Source of the DNA: the human T2T-CHM13v2.0 reference genome, Homo sapiens
Strand: one strand, 5' to 3'
Length of the DNA stretch: 64,000 nt
NCBI RefSeq assembly: GCF_009914755.1
Contig: NC_060925.1
Shown here: positions 58,680 to 64,000 of the stretch, in pieces
How the letters are laid out: every line of letters begins with the position of its first letter
Position numbering within the stretch: position 1 is the first letter of the stretch
The notes under the pieces: model-generated
Told to the model about the DNA's origin: nothing
What the model saw: only the letters and a program-made list of their open reading frames with translations
Database searches by the model: none
Program-made: the position numbers and the translations under genes

Positions 58680-59758
58680 CTACACTATCTTTTTATAGCT
58701 GAGGAAACTAATGCTCAGAGAGGAGTGTATCTTGACCAAGATCACACAGCTTATGAGTGATAAAGCTGAGATGAAAAAGCATGTTCTTTATACTATATGG
58801 GGCTGTCTTATTCATCCACACATACAAGATGTCCCCATGGAGAGCATGCAGGGGAGTCTCCCAGTACAGTGACTGAGAACCAGGGCTGCTTCTTACCTCT
58901 TCAAGCCTGCCCAGGGGGCCTCAACTTGTCCTGCCATGGATTCTCTTCACCCAGTCACTGTGGGAGCGGAAGACACTCCCAAAGCAGGTCATTCTGTGAA
59001 GGCTATGCCCAGAGAGGCAGCCACGGCCCTCCTCACAACACAGCCCAGATGCTCTCTGCAGCCCTTGGCCTGTTTGCCAGGCCGGGTTCTGCTTATGCCC
59101 TGGAGTGAGCAATGCCCAGGGCCTACAAAGCCTGTTCCCGTGCAAACTCGGCCACTGGCTGGTGCTGTGCTTCCTGCCCTGCAGGCTGGGCGCCTTGAGG
59201 GTTCTGCATCCTCCTCCTCACCACTACCAACAGCTTCTCATCTGGCAACTGGGTGGAGATCCTGCGGACCCCGCTGGACCACTGTAAGAAGAGCTTCACC
59301 TCAGCCTTGCTCTCTGACCAAAACTGACAGGCCACCATTTTGAAATGCTGACACATCCAGAAGTGACAGAATGGAAACTCCAGCACTCTCTGGGCACCAG
59401 TCAGTGTCCAGCACTGTTACTTCAGGGTCTGTGAGGAGAGTGCTGGTGGCGTGAGAGTGAGAATGAGGGGTAGGGCAGCAGGCTTGTAGTCAAACTGCCT
59501 TAGAGAAAGACACCATGAGCGTCCCAGGAAGAGGCTATTAATAGGCCTCCCTGAACATGCTCAGCGGTCCTGGGCTGGGGCTGTGAGAGCATGAGTCAGC
59601 AGATGGAAGGGCTGATGGTGAGCCCAGGACACAGAGCCAGCTCCCCACAGGGGAAGTGGAGGCTGTGAGACTGCACTTTTGAGCAACCCTGGTCTCGTGC
59701 CGCCCCACCCTCTTTTGAGTATGTAATCTGTTTGGATGGTATATTACCAGTGTTGTAA

Positions 59759-60157
<399 letters not shown>

Positions 60158-60319
60158 TAGATTAAACATATGTTGAGTGCCAGGCCCTGTGACGGGCGGT
60201 TTCACACATATTATCTCATCCTCATAATGACCCCGGGACACAGATATATTGATATCTCACTTTCACAGATGAAGAATCAAAGCTGAGAGTGATTAAGCTA
60301 TTTGTCCAAGGAGCTGTAG

Positions 60320-60674
<355 letters not shown>

Positions 60675-61134
60675 TCACAGTTTCTTTAAGGAAGTTAAAG
60701 GTCCTCACTTTACTGATGAGGAAACTGAGGCTCAGAGGGGCTGGGCAGCCTGGGAAGTGGCAGCACCGTGCGTGGGTCTGCCTGCCTCTCAAGCCTACGC
60801 TGCCTCCAGGCTACAGGGCAGCCGGGACTCCAGCCGCATCTCTGCCTCTAAGTCCACCACACCCACGGCCTTCCTGGCGAAGGACGGCCTTGTGTGCCCT
60901 GACTGAACACCTATCAGTCTATGGTACCCGTTGTTATCAGAACCAGCAGAGTGACCTCAGGGCAGATCTTCCTATCTCGCACATTACACCTGTGCACCTC
61001 CGTCCTTCTGAAAGGAGACAGCCTGGCAGGCTGATTCCAAGGTCAGGAGAGTGGAAGTTAAAAGAACCTAAAGGGAACACTTTTCAGTGGCCTAAAGGGG
61101 ACACTTTCCTGCCATCAAGCCCATGGCCATGTGA

Positions 61135-61922
<788 letters not shown>

Positions 61923-62002
61923 ATCAATAGCTCTTCCTCTTCCTGTCTATACTCTGCTTTAATTTTTTTCATAGCCCTTTTCTCTAACTCACATTGCATT
62001 AT

Positions 62003-62017
62003 ATGTGTTTGTGTATG

Positions 62018-62069
<52 letters not shown>
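62003..62069. repeat. (TA)n microsatellite with TG lead-in
   Basis: About 23 uninterrupted TA units. Confidence 0.95.
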
Positions 62070-62071
<2 letters not shown>

Positions 62072-62074
62072 CCT

Positions 62075-62240
62075 GTTTATTTTTTTATTTATTTTCTATC
62101 TCTCCACTCCCCTGTAAGAATGTAAGCTCCACAAGGACAAGGACTGTGTTTCTTGTTCACCACAGTTTCCCAGGGACTAGAAACATAAGAAGCCTTCAGT
62201 AGAGATGTGCTAAATGAATGAGTGAGTGAAGGAGTGAATG
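62075..62240 (+). mobile_element. L2 3' end
   Basis: gaatgtaagctccacaaggacaaggact...tcttgttcac...aaatgaatgagtgagtgaa. Confidence 0.7.
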
Positions 62241-63437
62241 CACCCTGAGGGGTAGTTTAACCCCCTGTAAATATCTTCCATGTCAGTTTCTCTGAGGAGT
62301 GGGTGTCAGAACCCACAGTCCTCTGAGCCTGCACCCCCTCTCAGCATGAGCCAGAAGAGAGTCTCCTTGGGCTCTGCTCTCTGGGGTAAGGGAGACAGGC
62401 TGGTGCTTGTGATAAGCCTTCTGTTGGGACCTACCAAGCCCTGAGCAGAGGATGGAGGAGACACAATTCCCACCGCATCCCAAGGGAATCCCCACTCTTG
62501 TGAGTTTCCTGACAGGAATGGGGCAGGGTCTGCAGCCAGTCGTCAAGAGCAGGGAAGCTTTCAGAAAGGGCCACCGCCAGTGATTACGGGCCATTCAGTT
62601 GTCCACCCCCAGCCTAAGCCCCCTACAGCCCTGCTTCGTTAACCAGTTTTCAGAGCGACAGCTAAGCTGCATGTACACAGGAGGCAGACACCAGCCTGTT
62701 GTCTCTGTTCCCAGGCCCCAGGATGACAAAACACTTGGTGTGTTCAGATGAAAGGGCTCTCATTGCAAAGGGCAGGATTGCCAATCCCACTGAGCTCCCT
62801 GGAATGGAAAGCTGGACTCTCCGAACTCGTGATTACCACTGTTGTGGAGATTAAAGACTTCCTGTCGGAGAGAGCAGTCCTCCCGAGCCAAATAACACTA
62901 AGGCCTGGCCGGCGGCCATCTTGTGGGGCCTCCCTGGCAGCCAGAGCTGGAGGGACTTGGCTCCCTTGTCGAAGGCTAACCTGCTTGAGGCAAAGTCAAG
63001 GTGTTTGGGCCAAAAACAGTCCCTGAGGGAGCCTTGGGCTGAGGCCTGGGCACTCTGTTGGCCTCCTCAGCCCCAGCCCGACCCACCTTGTTGAAAGCAG
63101 CTGCTGTGGCACATCCAGTGGGAGTAGGCCAAGGTCCCCGCTCACTTGCCTTTCCTGAGGATTTCTGATGTGTGTGGTGAGGTGGAAGAAGGGCATGCTG
63201 GGGAAGCCAGCTCAGGGGAGCCTGGGGGATAGGGGAAGGCCATGGCTTCCTCGTTTGCTCCACCAAGAACCTGAACCAGTCAGACCCTAGGCGGCTGGTG
63301 CATGTGACGAGCACTCCCTGTTGAGACCTACAAAGTCCTGAGCAGAGGATGGAGGAGACACAGTTCCCTTCAAACTGTGCCCCAACCTGGCTAATGATCA
63401 AAAGCATCTAGAGCTCTTAGTAAAAAAGCAGATATCA

Positions 63438-63752
63438 GGCCGGGAGCAAGGGCTCACACCCTGTAATCCCAACACTTTGGGAGGCCAAGGCAGGAAGATT
63501 GCTTAAGGCCAGGAGTTTTTGACCAGTCTAGGCAACAAAGTGAGACCTCATTTCTACAAAAAGTTAAAAAATCAGCCACCAGGCATGGTGGTGCCTGTGG
63601 TCTTAGCTACACGGGAGGCTGAGGCAGGAGGATTGCTTAAGCCTGGATGTCGAGGCTGCAGTGAGCTGTGTTTGCGCCATTGCACTCGGGCCTGGGTGAT
63701 GACAGAGGAAGACCCTGTCTCAAAAAACAAACAAACAAACAAACAAACAAAC
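63438..63752 (+). mobile_element. AluJ inside a MER5-like remnant
   Basis: Full Alu with (CAAA)n tail. Confidence 0.88.
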
Positions 63753-64000
63753 CATACCTCAGGCCATACCCTGTGAGTTCTGGCTCACTCTATCTCAGGT
63801 AGGTCCTAAAAATCTATTTTTTTTAAGAAGATAATCGTGGTGTGCCTGCTCTGAGTGCCTGTGAACAGGGAAAGTAGAATGGGGCACTGGGCGAGGGTCA
63901 GCAAACAGGATTCTGGCCTCTGTTCTTTCAGATGACTTTGGGAAAGTTACTTTGCTTCTCTGGGCCTCAGTCTCATCAGGAAAGCACAGAGGTCGAACAA

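Overview
Primate (human-like) genomic DNA centred on one protein-coding gene: SLC30A1 (ZnT1, CDF-family zinc exporter) on the minus strand. It has two coding exons (24694-24073 and 22371-21470; 1,524 nt, 507 aa), a 1,701-bp GT-AG intron, a CpG-island promoter with a cluster of MTF-1-type metal-response elements, and a ~3.8-kb AT-rich 3' UTR with proximal and distal AATAAA signals. The flanks are dense in interspersed repeats: roughly 50 Alu/FLAM/FAM copies plus L1, L2, MIR, MaLR/ERVL LTRs, MER DNA elements and microsatellites. An ~11.5-kb Alu-free zone covers the gene. Almost all other ORFs in the track are Alu, microsatellite or GC-rich antisense artefacts. The most unusual signal is two independent ~50-nt insertions (36033-36099 + and 56759-56824 -). 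They share homologous 5' and 3' ends, fold into a hairpin from their first base, and carry A-rich tails and target-site duplications, so they look like L1-mobilised copies of a discrete short LTR-derived RNA. Also noted: a Roquin/Regnase CDE-like stem-loop and ARE in the 3' UTR, a single uORF, intronic MREs, several short paired duplications and templated insertions, and a YY1/CTCF-like site. Repeat family names and boundaries were assigned by eye and are approximate.
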